A DNA stretch of 64,000 nucleotides, taken from positions 496,001 to 560,000 of the forward strand of contig MU057102.1 of the NCBI GenBank assembly GCA_013239625.1, read 5' to 3'. This DNA is from Lama guanicoe (Eukaryota). The stretch's first letter is position 1; each line of letters starts with the position of its first letter. A program made the position numbers and the translations under genes. A model generated the notes under the pieces. That model was not told the origin of the DNA, did not search any database, and worked only from the letters and a program-made list of their open reading frames with translations. This document shows positions 35,700 through 47,639 of the stretch, one piece after another.

Positions 35700-36070
35700 G
35701 TAGTAATAGTAGCTATCGGTTTGAGAGCCTGCCCTGTAGCAGCCCGTGTGCTAAAACGATCATGGGCATTATTTTAATTAATCCTCACAGTATTTTATTG
35801 TTTTAACGTGTGCCCCATGAGGTGGACGATGAGCTATTTAATATTCCTGCCACCGATCAATGTTAAATACCATTGATCTGCCCACCATTTGCCCGACAGA
35901 ATCCACAGCGTGGTTTCTGCCTTAATGCAGTCTTCGTAGAATTATTATAGTATTGCTTTATTTCCATTTTACGGATGAGGAATTCGAGGCTCAGAGAGGC
36001 GAGGTGACATGGCCCACGTGTCACAGCAGGACAGTGGCAGAGAAGGGATCCAGCCCTGTGACATCAGCCC
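35700..36070 (-). mobile_element. MIR SINE in two pieces (tail ~35700-35790, core ~35940-36070)
   Basis: taatagtagcta...taatcctcaca; ccattttacggatgaggaattcgaggctcagagagg. Confidence 0.75.
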
Positions 36071-36529
36071 CTGCCCTTTTGGCTGGGTGGTCCTGTGTGG
36101 CCTCTCCCCTCCCGGGCAGCTCTCCCCCTAGTTCTGGACCAGGGCCCATGGGGTCCTGCGGAGCCATCATGTCTGCTTTTCCAGGACAGCACTGATGTGT
36201 GCTGCCCTTGGTTGCCCCTCCCTGGCCCCCTTCGGGCTTCCCCTCACTGTCCTGGCACCCTTCCCTGGACACCTGCAGAGGGTAAGCCCTGCTCTGAGGG
36301 CCCTGAGGGTGGTCTGAGCAGGTCTGGCTTCAGAGCCCCCCCCATCCTGAGTCGCAGATGCTGTGTTGATTTTGGGTCCTGCCTCTGACTCCCAAGTGGT
36401 AGATACAGGGTCCCGTGGGCCACGTGGACAGGAATCCACAGTGACTCCAGAGCTCTGTCCTGTTAAACTGCTGTGCATCTTTCTGCTTCTTCCCTTGCAG
36501 GAAGGCAGCACGTGGTTTAAGGGACTTTC

Positions 36530-36930
36530 TGGGACATTTGTGTTGGGTAAAAGTCCATGAGATAGAGATGGTGGAGCTGTGGTGGCAGAGCTGTCCCTAA
36601 GTGGCCACAGCTCGGGCCACGTGCAGGTCTTGTGGGCGTGATCCCCGGGCCCGTGGCACCTGGGAGTCTGCAGGTGCTGACCTCTCAGCCCGTGGCCCCC
36701 CAGCTCACTCCCGAGGGCACGGTATGTTCCTGGTGAGTCCATGCTGGTGTCTACCAATGGTCTCTCTCTTTGTGAGAGCCCGAAACTATCTTGTTTTACC
36801 TTGATTCCATCACTGCTGGGATTGACGCTAAGCTCACTAGGTTATTCTTTCTGGATTCAGACATTTCCTCTCTTTTTGAAAAAAGGGCGATATTTACCTC
36901 TCTCTGGGCCTCTGGCAGCCCCCTAGTCTC
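36530..36930 (-). mobile_element. L3/CR1 LINE reverse-transcriptase remnant
   Basis: The minus strand reads GLPEAQREVNIALFSKREEMSESRKNNLVSLASIP then HQHGLTRN, aligning with the recalled CR1 sequence VPEDWRKANVTPIFKKGKKEDPGNYRPVSLTSIP...SQHGFTK. Confidence 0.8.
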
Positions 36931-36969
36931 ACTGGGAGCAGGTGATTCAGCCCAGAGTCAACCAGACCC

Positions 36970-37115
36970 AATGGGAGTCCCAGATCAGCGGCCATTCGTC
37001 TGACTTTGGACTGCGAGCCTGAGGCTCAGGGTCCCCATCTGTGAAATGGGTACAGCGGCACCTACTACAGAGGGTGGGTGGTGAGGTTCAGTGAGTCCTG
37101 TGGGAGAGTGTCTGG
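36970..37115 (+). mobile_element. MIR SINE
   Basis: ctcagggtccccatctgtgaaatggg...cacctact...gtgaggttcagtgag. Confidence 0.75.
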
Positions 37116-37574
37116 GGGAGGGAGCGCTCCCCCCCATCTCCCTCTTCCTGATGTGGGCTCCTGGTGGCTCCTCTGTGTTCTCTCAGCCTGTCAGGAGAGT
37201 CCCGATTCCTGGAGCTGAGGGGTCTCGGCAGTCATGGCTTCCTCTTCCAGCTGGAAGACCCGGGTGCCGGGCTGATGGAGCTGCGCTGGCTCCCCCGTCC
37301 TTGTCCTGGTCCCTTCTTCTGCATCTTTCCACTCTTGGGGCTGTTACACATCCTCTGGTTTGGAGAAGAGAGCGCACCTTGGGTCCCTGGTTTCTGTTGC
37401 TCTGTCCCCTGTCCGTGTCCCAGCCCAGGGCTCCGTGCCATCCTCCATCCTCTCAGCTTCCTCGCAGCCACACAGCATTTTTGAAACCTCTCCCTTTCCT
37501 TCTCCTTTGCGTTTTCATCAAACTGTTCGAGGTGGCCCCACCCCTTCCCCATCGGCCCCCCTATGCCCATCAGC

Positions 37575-38130
37575 AGCGTTGTCATTTCAGTGAATAAAAT
37601 ACATGATTTGGGGGTAACGTCATTATGCCTAATTGTACCACGTAGGTGCCAAGCAGATTTAAAACTGATGATCTCTTACGAGCTCCCTTGTGGAGATACT
37701 GTCAACACAATGACTTTGGAAGTGAGCCTGTGTCTCCGGTGGCTGCTTCCCCCATTAACGTCACCCCTCGCAGGGAGCAGAGAGGTAAGACGGTGGGATC
37801 TGATTTGGTGTTAGTGCACTCGCTTGAACGTGAACGCCTACAGCTGGCGCTCAAATTAGCAGCTCCTCCTCGGGAGCACGGCCTGGCAGGGAGAGCGCGG
37901 GGACCACTGCTGCCTCACGCTCAGCTGTCTCGTGCAGGCTGGACCACGTCATCACAGCATCAGCCCCCACCTCTGTTATTATAATCCGGGGGAGTCAGGG
38001 ATTATGAGTAACATTATTTTAGAAAGAAAAACACAGAGAACCTACTGCCTGACTCTTAAACAAGAGATATCCCCCTGTGGGGGGCGGGGGGCCCTGCTGC
38101 TGGCAGCTGTAAGGCTTTTATTAACCTGAC
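37575..38130. promoter_or_regulatory. Candidate conserved non-coding element(s)
   Basis: Repeat-free block with taacgtca twice, ctaattg, tgccaa, tgtcaa, taatcc/ggatta and ttttatta. Confidence 0.4.
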
Positions 38131-39269
38131 CTTCACACCGTGGCTCAGGAGGGAGAGAAGGGACAGGATGCTGCAGGTTGAATGCTAATGCCTGGAGCCC
38201 TGGCTTTAATGCTGAGGCTGACACGGGCTCCAGGGCCCTCCAGGAGCCCCGCACTCCCCAGAGGCAGCCCCGAGGGGCAGGTGTGGAGCATGGCCAGCGG
38301 GGCTTGGCCCTACCGGAGGGGCACACACATCTTCCCTCGGTGCTGACCTGGTCTATGACACGAGCTGCCCATCGTCACCTGTCTGAGAGGTGGAGGGGGG
38401 TGGGGCTCAAAGGGCACCAGACTTGGAGTCGGGAAGCCTGGGTCTCGGTCCTCACCCTGGGACCCACTGGGCGATCTTGGCCCGGGGGACAGGACGTGGA
38501 AGGGCAGAGGGAACAGCCCACGCAAAGGCAGGGGGCTCTGAGAGAACCGGAGGGCAAGATGGAGCTTGAGGTGAGCAAACTCGTATCCTAGATACCAGAA
38601 CCTGCCGGCCTGATAGTGGTGCCCTCGGAACACCCTGCTCAGCCAGGTGTGGGAAGGAGTCCTGGCAATGCTAGCGGATGAGCACATGGCTTGCTAAGGA
38701 ATGGGCCCCTACGCCGGATCCCACTTCACCTCACTCCTCTTTCAGGTAGATCATTTTACCTGCCAAGTGGAAGATCAGGGACCTGGCCCCAGGCCCTGGG
38801 AGCGCCACCACTGGTGTGTTGTTTTTGCTTCACTTGACTTTTCATGATGGATGTGTTAGTAGTACTCACTGAGCTGGTTCTATGTGCTCCAGTCACTGGA
38901 CCGGCTCCTGGGCTTCTGGGCAAGCTTGTCTCTGTGGGGGGCTGAGGGCCGTGCCCCGAGGAGCTGCGGCTCCAGGTGGAGGCTGGCCATGGGGGCCCAC
39001 GTCGCCATGGCAGGGTGTGGGCAGTGCCGACTGCTGCCCTCCTCTGCTGACACCCCCTGCCCAGCCACGAAGTCTGAGCCCCTGGCCTGGCCGTTAAGGC
39101 TCTCTTGGCCGACTCTAGCCACACCGTCTGCCCCGGAAGCCCCCACACTAACCCCCAGCTCAGGGACCTTCCTGAAGTTCTCCTAACACACTGGGATCTC
39201 TCATGACTCCTGGGAAATATCCTTGTCCCCCTGGCCCAGCTCGCCAGCCTGCCTCTTCAACTGGCAGAC

Positions 39270-39493
39270 CCCATGGTCATACTCAGGTAGGCTCTGGGCT
39301 CAGATGGATCTGAACAAATGTTGACTCTGCCCATGAACAGAGATGTGACCTTGAGAAATACACCTAGTCCTTTGGGGCGTGAAATGAGAATAATGATAGT
39401 ATCTGCTCCTTCACAGGGTTGTTGTGAGAGGTAAACGGGACAAAGCATTTACAGCACTTCGTACAGTGCAGAAGGCTCAGTAATTGTTAGTGG
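39270..39493 (+). mobile_element. MIR SINE, near full length
   Basis: tgtgaccttgag...gtgaaatgagaataatgatagtatct...cacagggttgttgtgag...gctcagtaattgttag. Confidence 0.85.
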
Positions 39494-39866
39494 TCACCAT
39501 CATCCCCACCATCACAATCACCATCGTTATCAACATCACCACAATCATCACCACCATCCTCATCACATCTTAATCACCACCATCTTCACCATCTATATCA
39601 CCATCCTCAGCCTCATCACCATTAACATCACCATCACTATCACAGTCACCACCACCATCATCACCATCATCATCACCCCCGCCACTACTATCATTACCAT
39701 CCTCATCAGCATCTACATCAGCACCATCACCACCGCCATCACCATTATCACTGTCATCACCACCAGCACCATCACCACATCATAATTACCATCCTCATCG
39801 TCATCACTGTCACTGTCTTAATCACCCCCACCCCCCAAATCTTCATAATCACCACCACCACCACCT
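39494..39866 (+). repeat. Degenerate (CAC/CAT)n trinucleotide repeat, ~370 bp
   Basis: Continuous caccatcatcaccacc-type array directly after the MIR tail. Confidence 0.95.
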
Positions 39867-40404
39867 GCATAACTTGTGAAGCCTTACGCACAGGCTGTGG
39901 AGTGGAATCCGGGTGGAGCCCCGCCTTGTTAGCAGTAGGTGCCTCGTACACCCTGGCTAACCGTAGATCAGCTGGGTTTAATTGTGGGCGTCTTTCTTTC
40001 CACGTGGGAATATTCTGGGGTTTCTTTGGACAGGGAAATTCACCTGTCTTCATGGGGACATTTGGTTCTTGTTTCTCTCAGTGTGATAAAAGCAATGGGA
40101 CGGACTTTTCTATGGGCTGGATCCAGAGTCCCTGGAGATCATAACTTGTCAACATGGTGTGCTGTCAGGTGGCGGCCAGCTGCTGCCAGGCTGGGGAGGA
40201 CCTCTGGTGGTGTCTCTCACTGCAGGTGCTCCATTTCCGGGCTGTCTCTGTCTCCTGCTCAGGTCAACGCACAAGGATTTAGCAAAGGGTCAGGCCAAGA
40301 AGGAATTGCTGCAGCAACATTTTCTCGCCCTTTGAGAATGGATTTTGCTTAATTCCGTCTACAAAACAGAACGAAAGTCAGGGGTGGTGAACTTACCTTG
40401 GCTG

Positions 40405-40565
40405 GAGCACCTGCTACATGCCCGACCTTGATTTCTTGGGCCAGGCAGTGACCATTAGGGCCAGTGTTGTCAGCTCCATCTTACAGAAGAGAAACCTTAG
40501 GTCACCGGGCTCAGGAACCTTACCCCATGCCACGCAGTGGGTACGAGATGGAGCCTGGGTTCACA
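40405..40565 (-). mobile_element. MIR SINE
   Basis: gagcacctgct...ctccatcttacaga...cacgcagtggg...gagcctgggttca. Confidence 0.6.
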
Positions 40566-40839
40566 AGCGTTCTCACGAACGACACTTCTGTCTCCTGCTG
40601 CACTCAAGGTCCCGGGCAGAAGGGGTGGATGAACCCTGCTCCGGAGCCAGCCCGCCTGCATTCAGATTCCAGCTCTGCCGTGTCCGAGCTGCACGCCTCA
40701 TAGTCCTTCTGCGTCTCTGAAATCCCATCGGGGGAGTGGGCTGGGGCTTGCCCTGCCTGGCAGGTTGCCGAAGGGCTTTGACGAGTGATTCACTAACTCG
40801 GGGACGTCTGCTGCGACTCGTGCCACCACCACAGAGGTG

Positions 40840-41260
40840 AGAGAGCTGCGTGGAACCAAGGCAGGCAGAGTTTTTGAACCGTGATGAAAGCAGTGAGGGG
40901 CCACGGATGGGACCCTGGTCATATTGGCATTCTGGAAACATGGCCCTGGCTGCTGTGTGTTGGGGGGTGAGGAGGCCCAGGTGTCCCCTTGAGGACCGCA
41001 GAGAGCTGCAGTGGTCCAGAGGAGGATGGAGGCTCCCTCTGGAGTGACGTCCACAGAGCAGGAGGGAAGCGGAGGGTGTGGGGGAGATGAGAATGGATGG
41101 GAATTGGTGGTAACTTGGGCATGGGGCGGGGGGAGGGGGAGGACCCTAGGCTTTTGTTTGGGGCACCTGGATGGATGGTACTGCAGCCTGAGATGGGGGC
41201 CTGGACAGGGCTGGGCTTGGGACGTCTGATGCGGTCAGGAGTTCCATTTTGGATGTGGTG
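40840..41260 (-). mobile_element. L2 LINE body fragment
   Basis: gcagtgagggccacgg...ccctggctgctgtgtg...gggcacctggatggatggtac...ggagttccattttggatgtg. Confidence 0.7.
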
Positions 41261-42489
41261 GTCAGTGGCTTTCAAATGTTTTTAAGATCCAGAACCATTT
41301 CCTCAAAAAGGATCTCAAATGGAGCCTAAGAGGTAAAACAGGGACAGCTGGGATCCCTTTGTTTGACGCGGAGTGAGGGCTGTTGTCCCCACCCGCTGGC
41401 CCCGCGCATGGGCGTGGTGGAGCCCCAGGCCCCCAGGGTGGGGATTGGGACCCCAGGTGTGTGGGCAGTTGTGGCCCTGGGACCTGGGCCCTGACAGACC
41501 TGCTATTCGCTGTCACGCTTGCAGCAGCCAGGGCTCCGTTACTGATAATAAATGACGTGGACGGCTTTGCCGGTGCTCCGGGGAGGAGAAAACCAGTCAC
41601 CTTCTCAGCAGGTGTCACATACGTTCACAGCCTCCCCGTCTGCCTTACTTGGCAGGGACACGGATGCGGCTGCCAGGGTTGGCCTCTCCCCCGCCATCAG
41701 ACAAAGCATGCCCGGGGCTGTCAGTGTGGCTTGCCGTCGACAGGTACAGGAAGTGGGCTCTCTGTCCCTGGGTCTCGTTTGTCACCGTGACGTCCATCAG
41801 CACAGGCACGCAAGTCTCTGCCTGAGGCAAACGCAGAGGGTCTGGCTTGGGTGAGGCCCGTCTGAGCATCCCTGCTCCGTTGTCCTCAGCATCTCCTGTC
41901 CTGCTGTGGACGGGCGGGAAAGGCGGGCAGCCTCCCTTCAGTCTTGCTCTTCTTATCTTCCTGCCCTTCCCTCCTCCGCTTCCTTGTCTCTGAGACGTCG
42001 TCCATGCCCCTCACCCTGGCAGCTCCAGCCTTTGTCACCATCGGTGGGCTGTGTGCTCCCTCGTCTGGGCTGGTTGTTCACCTCCCCCAAGATGGTCTGT
42101 TCTGCGGGGACGGGGAGCTGTCTGGTCCACTGCTGTGTCCCCAGCACAGAGCCGGGAGCATGGCAGGTCCTCAGTCTTACTTCATTCGTTTGTTCACTTA
42201 TTCTCTGAAGCATTTATTGAAGTCACAGTTGGGGAGCCACTGGGTTGAGCCTGCCAATCCCTTTTTATAGTTTGGGAAGCTGTGGCCCAGGCCACTGGGA
42301 GATGAGGGGAGACCTTGGCTCAAGTCCATGAGCAGGTTAACGGCAGAGCTTGACCCAGCTGCAGGGACTTAAAGTCACAGAAGCAGTCTTCCAGGGAGGA
42401 TGTAATTTGTGCATCCAGGTTCCCAATCCAGCTGCCCCAGAGTAGGGGGTAATCCTTTCCAAGCTGCAGCGGATGTTAGAAGAGCCCCA

Positions 42490-42700
42490 AGATCTCCACG
42501 GAGTGTCAGCTCCCTGGAGGGTAACCATGACACTTCTACCTCAGGCTGCATTAATAGAAGTATAGGGGCTAAGGCAAGGGAGGTGATAGTCTATTGTACT
42601 TTGCAATGACCTGACTACACCGTGAATACTGTTCAGGTGAGAGGGGTGGTGACAGTTTTCTGGGTGTCCAGAACTCAGTGGCCGGAATGGAGAACCAGCA
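42490..42700 (+). mobile_element. L3/CR1 LINE ORF2 C-terminal remnant
   Basis: aggctgcattaatagaagtatag...caagggaggtgatagtc translates to GCINRSI...REVIV, a CR1/L3 hallmark. Confidence 0.85.
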
Positions 42701-42719
42701 AATTCGTAAACACAGCTGT

Positions 42720-42935
42720 GAGGCACAGACCACTGGGCTCTGATAGCCTGGGCTTGAGTTTCTTTTCTGCGACTTGCTAGCTGTGTGTCCTTGGGCAAGT
42801 TCCTTAACCTCTCTGAGCCACAAGTTCCTCTTCTGTAAAATAGGAAAGATTTTACCTATGCTGCAGAGTCGTTGGAGAATGAAAAAATAATGTCTTTGTG
42901 GAGGTGACTAACACAGTAACAGGGTTCAGGGCACA
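42720..42935 (+). mobile_element. MIR SINE
   Basis: acttgctagctgtgtgtccttgggcaagttccttaacctctctgagcc...ctgtaaaatagg. Confidence 0.9.
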
Positions 42936-43074
42936 ACAGAGCACAGTGGTTGCCAGGTGCAGTGTGTACCCCTGCCGCCCTTTTGGCCTTGGGGTTTGGT
43001 TGTTCAGGCCAAGCGTCTGCAAACCGCTGACAGACCCGGGTGCATGTGCGCTCGGGAGGCAGTGTTGGCTCTGA

Positions 43075-43410
43075 CACTCGCTAGGAAATTGCTTATTATG
43101 GGCCTGTGAAAGCGCGCATTGACTTCACGCAGCTTATTTTTAAATAAATTTGGGGGAGTGGGAAAACAAAAAGAGACAATTTAAAAAGAACACTCTCCAA
43201 GCATAATGAAGGCTTTGGCGGGGCCCCAAACCTGCCCCCGAATCCCAGCTCCAGAGCGCAAGCTGGTGACAGACGCCCCCGCCCGCCCGCCTTCCCACGC
43301 CGCCCGGGGCTGTGTGTCAGCTGCGTGTGCCGCTTTGCCTCTGAACAGCGGAGCGTCCTACGGCCCTAAATGCTCTGCTCTGGGCTGCGTGAAGATTTAC
43401 GGGGCACTGG
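43075..43410. promoter_or_regulatory. Candidate regulatory element (AT-rich core plus GC boxes)
   Basis: ttatttttaaataaa, cataatg, overlapping cccccgcccgcccgcc, tgacag/tgtcag, gatttacgg; many CpGs. Confidence 0.4.
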
Positions 43411-44314
43411 AGAGCAGCTAAAGTACTGAAGGACCCCTCTGTCTGCAAAGGGCCTGTGAGCCGTCACCGCCCACCCCGGATTACGTGTCCCCTGTTCACA
43501 AGGTGGGGGGGGCGTGTAGGGGACCTGGCCTCCTGGGGGAGATGTCAGACTCACCTTCAGGGCCGGGTCCTGACCCGGCCTGGGTGCAGCCCCTGAAAAG
43601 TCTCCCCCACTGAGGACCACCCCTTGGTTCTTGATGTCAGGCTAAATCGTATCCCCTAGATAGTTTGCAAGAGGTGACTCTTGGTCCCCGAAGCAGCTTT
43701 TAAGGATGAAATTGGCTAAGTGCAAGTGAATCTCCCTCTCTTGGCCCTGGTTTCCTCATCTATAAAATTGGGATAGTGATGACAATAATAAAAACCGAAA
43801 TGCTGGGATAATGCAGGGAAGCCTCAGCACAGCCAGCGTGAGCAGGCCACGCGGGGGGCGGGTGCCTGCTGGGTGCCCGGCCCAGACAGGCAGGCTGCGT
43901 CTTCCTTTCAGATCAACCCCTTTGATGCCCAGGAAGGGCCTGGGGGAGGCTGTGCCCAAAGGGCATACACCTCGCTCAAGGTCGCCAGCTTCTAATGTCT
44001 GAGCTGGAATGGGAGCCTCGACCTCCAGCCAGAGCTGCATTCATGGCACCAGAAGGGTCCAGAAACACTTAGGGCGGCTGCAGGGTCTTTCTTCTATTTT
44101 GATGTGTGAGCCTGGGCAGAGGGCAGGGGCGCTGGGCCCCCGAGGTGCCTGCTCTGAGTGTGCAGCTTGGCCCCAGCAAGGAGGAGGCAGGGGGCTGTCT
44201 GGGTTCAGAGGCCGGACTGGTCCGTCTGGGAGCTTCGTCATTGCTGTCCTCGATAATGGCTTGTTATGAGGCTGAGCTATTTAAAGTTAGGGTCCCTGGC
44301 AGCCTGGTGGACTC

Positions 44315-44540
44315 ATTTTTTATTGAAAAATTATGCATCAACACTATCGAAGCTTTACCTATAAGGAAACAAGGTCACCCAACACCACCAGGCGGCTGCA
44401 CTCCTCTTCGAGTGGCCCGTTCGGGGCTCGCAGGCACGGCCGATGTGGCCGGGCTGCGGCCGCATGCCCGGGCTGTCTCCTGCCCGTTCGTTGCTTACCC
44501 GACCCCCGTGCTGTCCCGCAGCCCCCGTGACTGTCCTTGT
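44315..44540 (-). mobile_element. Probable L1ME 3' end, strongly GC-shifted
   Basis: Starts tttttattgaaaaattatgcat...aaggtcacccaacaccacc; downstream anchors tgtctcctgc...ttgctta. Confidence 0.4.
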
Positions 44541-46899
44541 GCGCGTCCTCTGTGGTGTATCTCTGGGTAAGTCATCTGAGTTCTGTTTGCCCAGCGCCTT
44601 CTGGCTGAAGCCTGCGGCTGCTCGCTTTTGTCCTGCCTTATCCAGAGCCGAGCCCTGCCGTGGTGCACACGGCCTGTCACTTCCTCTGCTCATCACCAGG
44701 GTCTCTGTCCCTCCTTTCTCTGTCCGCCTGCCTGGCGCAGGCCACCCTGTCGCCCCTCCCTGGCGTCTCCACTCCAGGCACCTCCTTGGGGCTTTGTTCT
44801 GACTTGGGGGCCTCTGCTGGGTCTCGTGGCATCCTCCTCCAACTCTTTCTCCCAGCTCTGGGGACTCCTGGAGGCAAGAACAGGGCTTCCCTGCACCGAG
44901 CAGTGCCAGGTGTTTGCCGAACATTCTTGGTGCCTCCTGCTGAGAATCGGGCTTTTTGTCCCGAGGTCCATGGCATCCTCTGGACCCTTCTGCTGTGCCC
45001 ACCTGTGTACCGACTGCAGATTCTGAGGGCACAGGGCCTGCATTCCCACCACCACCAGATTCTGAGACCGGCAGGGCCCCGTCCTTCGAACCTGGAGCAT
45101 CTCTGAAGTTCCCTCCTCTATCCTCCTTGAGAACCTCATGACACGTCCCCGGTTTCCATGGCGATGCCAGTTTCCATTCTGACGGCTCTCAGGAGAGATT
45201 ATAAATTCATTATTTCACACTTAAGTCTTGAACTCCGCCTTCTTCAGCCTCCAGGTTTTGGTGTCTCGGTAGGGCTCTATTCATGTATTATCTGAGGGGA
45301 AAAAAACGGGTTGAGTCGGAGGCTGGGTTATTCCTTCTCCCTGGGGCCCTAGGATCTCTGTGTGCACAGAGGAGCCTGGACCCCGTGAAAGGCCGGTGTT
45401 GGCAATTTGAAATTCCCTGTGTGCGGCACGGGCTCGGGAGCTATGGGTTGTAATCACGTGCAGATGAGCTGAGCTGCCGTGAAGCCACCTGTACACAGGC
45501 CCTGGGAGTCTCGGAAGTGGGGGTGCCATCAGCTCGCAGTGGGTCCCCATCTCCGCTGGTCACTCAGTAGCTTGTTTTCCCCGAATTTCTCCCATTGCAG
45601 TGGAAACTGGCTGCAACAACAGGACGCCTCCCAGAGCCCTGGGTACTGGTTCCCAGTGATGTGGCCCGACCCACCCGTCTTCTGCTTCTTTCTCCATGCT
45701 TCCTGGCCAAGTTCACCTCAGACCCTGCATGGCCTAGCGCCTGCTGAGGCCAGGGCTGGCGCCTAGGTGGCCATTGAGGCCCAAGGTCCCTAATCACTGA
45801 GCAACCCGCGCTTTGCAGTTCACGTTCAGCAGCGGCCCCTGCAGTGCTGCGTCCCCTCCCTGACAGGGACACAGGCTCGGGTCTCTGCTGTCACCCTGAC
45901 TCTGCAGCGGCCTGTGCTCCTGCCCGCGTCTCTGACTGGAGGAAGGGCCTTGAGCCGGCACACCCCGACCCCAGCTCCCCTTATGGTGGGACGTCATCTT
46001 CGGGTTGGAGCTTTATTGCAGACATACCGAAAGATCCCAAATCCGGATTGGGATGGGAGGGACCCTCAGAGGGAAATGTCAGACCAAGTCCATCCGTCGC
46101 CAGGCTCCTGGCGTGGCAGTGAGGAACGACAGTGTGCGGAGTGGGTCCTGGCACACGGGAGGGAGAAGGGCCTGAGAGGCCGCCTGGTCCAGCTCCGGCT
46201 CTCGCGAACCCCCTGCACACCTTGTCCAGGCGTCTGCTTGCTTGTCCCCAGGGGGGAGGAGCTCACTCCTCTGCTCACGGGAAACTCGGCTTCAGGTGGT
46301 ACGTCTGTGTTTTTTCCTACCTCTGAGTCAAGCGTGGGGATGTGGAATCATCACATGGGGGTGCTGGGTGTTTGTATCAGTGTCTCATTCAGATGATAAA
46401 TGGAAAAGTTCCGGAAGCATGGAGGCCAGCTCCATGGGCTTCTGTCTTAGTTCATGAAAACTCCCATGTTTTCACTGGCGGGGCACTGCTGTGTGATTTT
46501 GGATGTGAGGGCTTGCCAGGGCCAGCCTTTGGGGATCGGGTCCAGTTCTGGTGAACAGTGGTGGTGAGCACGAGGGGACCCCAAGCTCCACCACCTTGGT
46601 TTGCACAGAGGAGCGTTTCAGTTCCGGCCAGGCTGCCCAGAACAGCCTGGGCCAGCCTAGTGGAAATGGCATAGCAGCCACAACAAAAACACTAACAAGG
46701 CAGCCCACAGCATCGCACATTTCAACCACACTGCCATTTAAACCACCCACCCACCCAAGAATCGTTAGAGGGAACTGAGGCTCTGGGACGGCCGCAACAC
46801 TGTGAGAGCCCACAGGGTGGGTGGGGGCAGCAAGACGTGTCCGATTTTGTGCGGGTGGACCTGGCCGGCCCGCTAGTCTCATTCAAGCCCCTTTCTCAT

Positions 46900-47022
46900 C
46901 AGTCGCTTGGTGTCTGTGTGCCAGTTACTTAACTTCTCTGAGCACCAGCTGCAACTGGGGATAATAGCACCTCATCACAGGGATGTTATGAAGATCAGTT
47001 TAGGCGAACGCTTTATAGCTTA
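46900..47022 (+). mobile_element. MIR SINE fragment
   Basis: agttacttaacttctctgagc...tggggataatagcacctcatcacagggatgttatgaagat. Confidence 0.8.
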
Positions 47023-47249
47023 GAGATCTCCGGGTAAATGTTTGTGATGTAAACACAAGAGCCAGGTGATTGTGAGAATTCAATGCGAGAAGATTCAAAG
47101 CAATCGGAGGCAGTCCTCTGCACATAGTAGGAGCGCAGTTGGATAGCTGAGTCTGCGTCTCTGGCCATCTCATGCCCATCTGCACACAGCTCTGTAACTG
47201 TGCGCAGCTGTACCAAACACGACCCCTTGGGGCATAGAGTTTCCCCCCA

Positions 47250-47445
47250 GGTTGTAAATACAAAGCATGCTCATTACAGAAAAACCTGCAAGTGTGAGGA
47301 AGAGAAAACAGTTCCCTGACAAGCACGCTTACCCTCGGACACCCTTCTGTCTGGTTCGCTTTCTGCGCGTGTCTGTGTGTCTGTGCCCACGTCTCTGTGG
47401 GTTCGTATGTAGGTATGTGGGCATGATGTTTTTGACAGTTACACG
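47250..47445 (-). mobile_element. L1ME-type 3' end fragment
   Basis: ttgtaaatacaaagcatgctcattacagaaaaa...gaagagaaaa. Confidence 0.45.
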
Positions 47446-47639
47446 GAGCGACATTCCCAGTTAGTTTATCAGGAGTTTGCGGCTCCTCCACTTGGTCCTG
47501 GCCCTGCACCAGGGCTGGCATCGGAACATGGGTACGGGCCATGGTTGTTGCCTTCAAAGAGTTCGCAGTGTCGTGGAGGAAACAGACACGCAGATTTTCA
47601 GTGTGCTTGTGAAAGCGCAGGGAGGACCTGCTGTGCGTA

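Noticed and set aside
37590-37790. Donor-like gag/gtaaga inside an AT-rich block
   Set aside because: No convincing acceptor and open frame pair with it; the block reads better as regulatory.
38725-38820. Strong-looking splice acceptor (ctcactcctctttcag) with a possible donor gtgtgt
   Set aside because: The putative exon gives no recognisable peptide and the donor is weak. A non-coding exon cannot be excluded without RNA data.
39494-40053. Poly-His/Thr or Met/Val-rich ORFs
   Set aside because: These are translations of the (CAC/CAT)n simple repeat.
42140-42222. Tail-to-tail L2 junction resembling miR-95 geometry
   Set aside because: The two tails show little remaining complementarity, so there is no plausible pre-miRNA stem.
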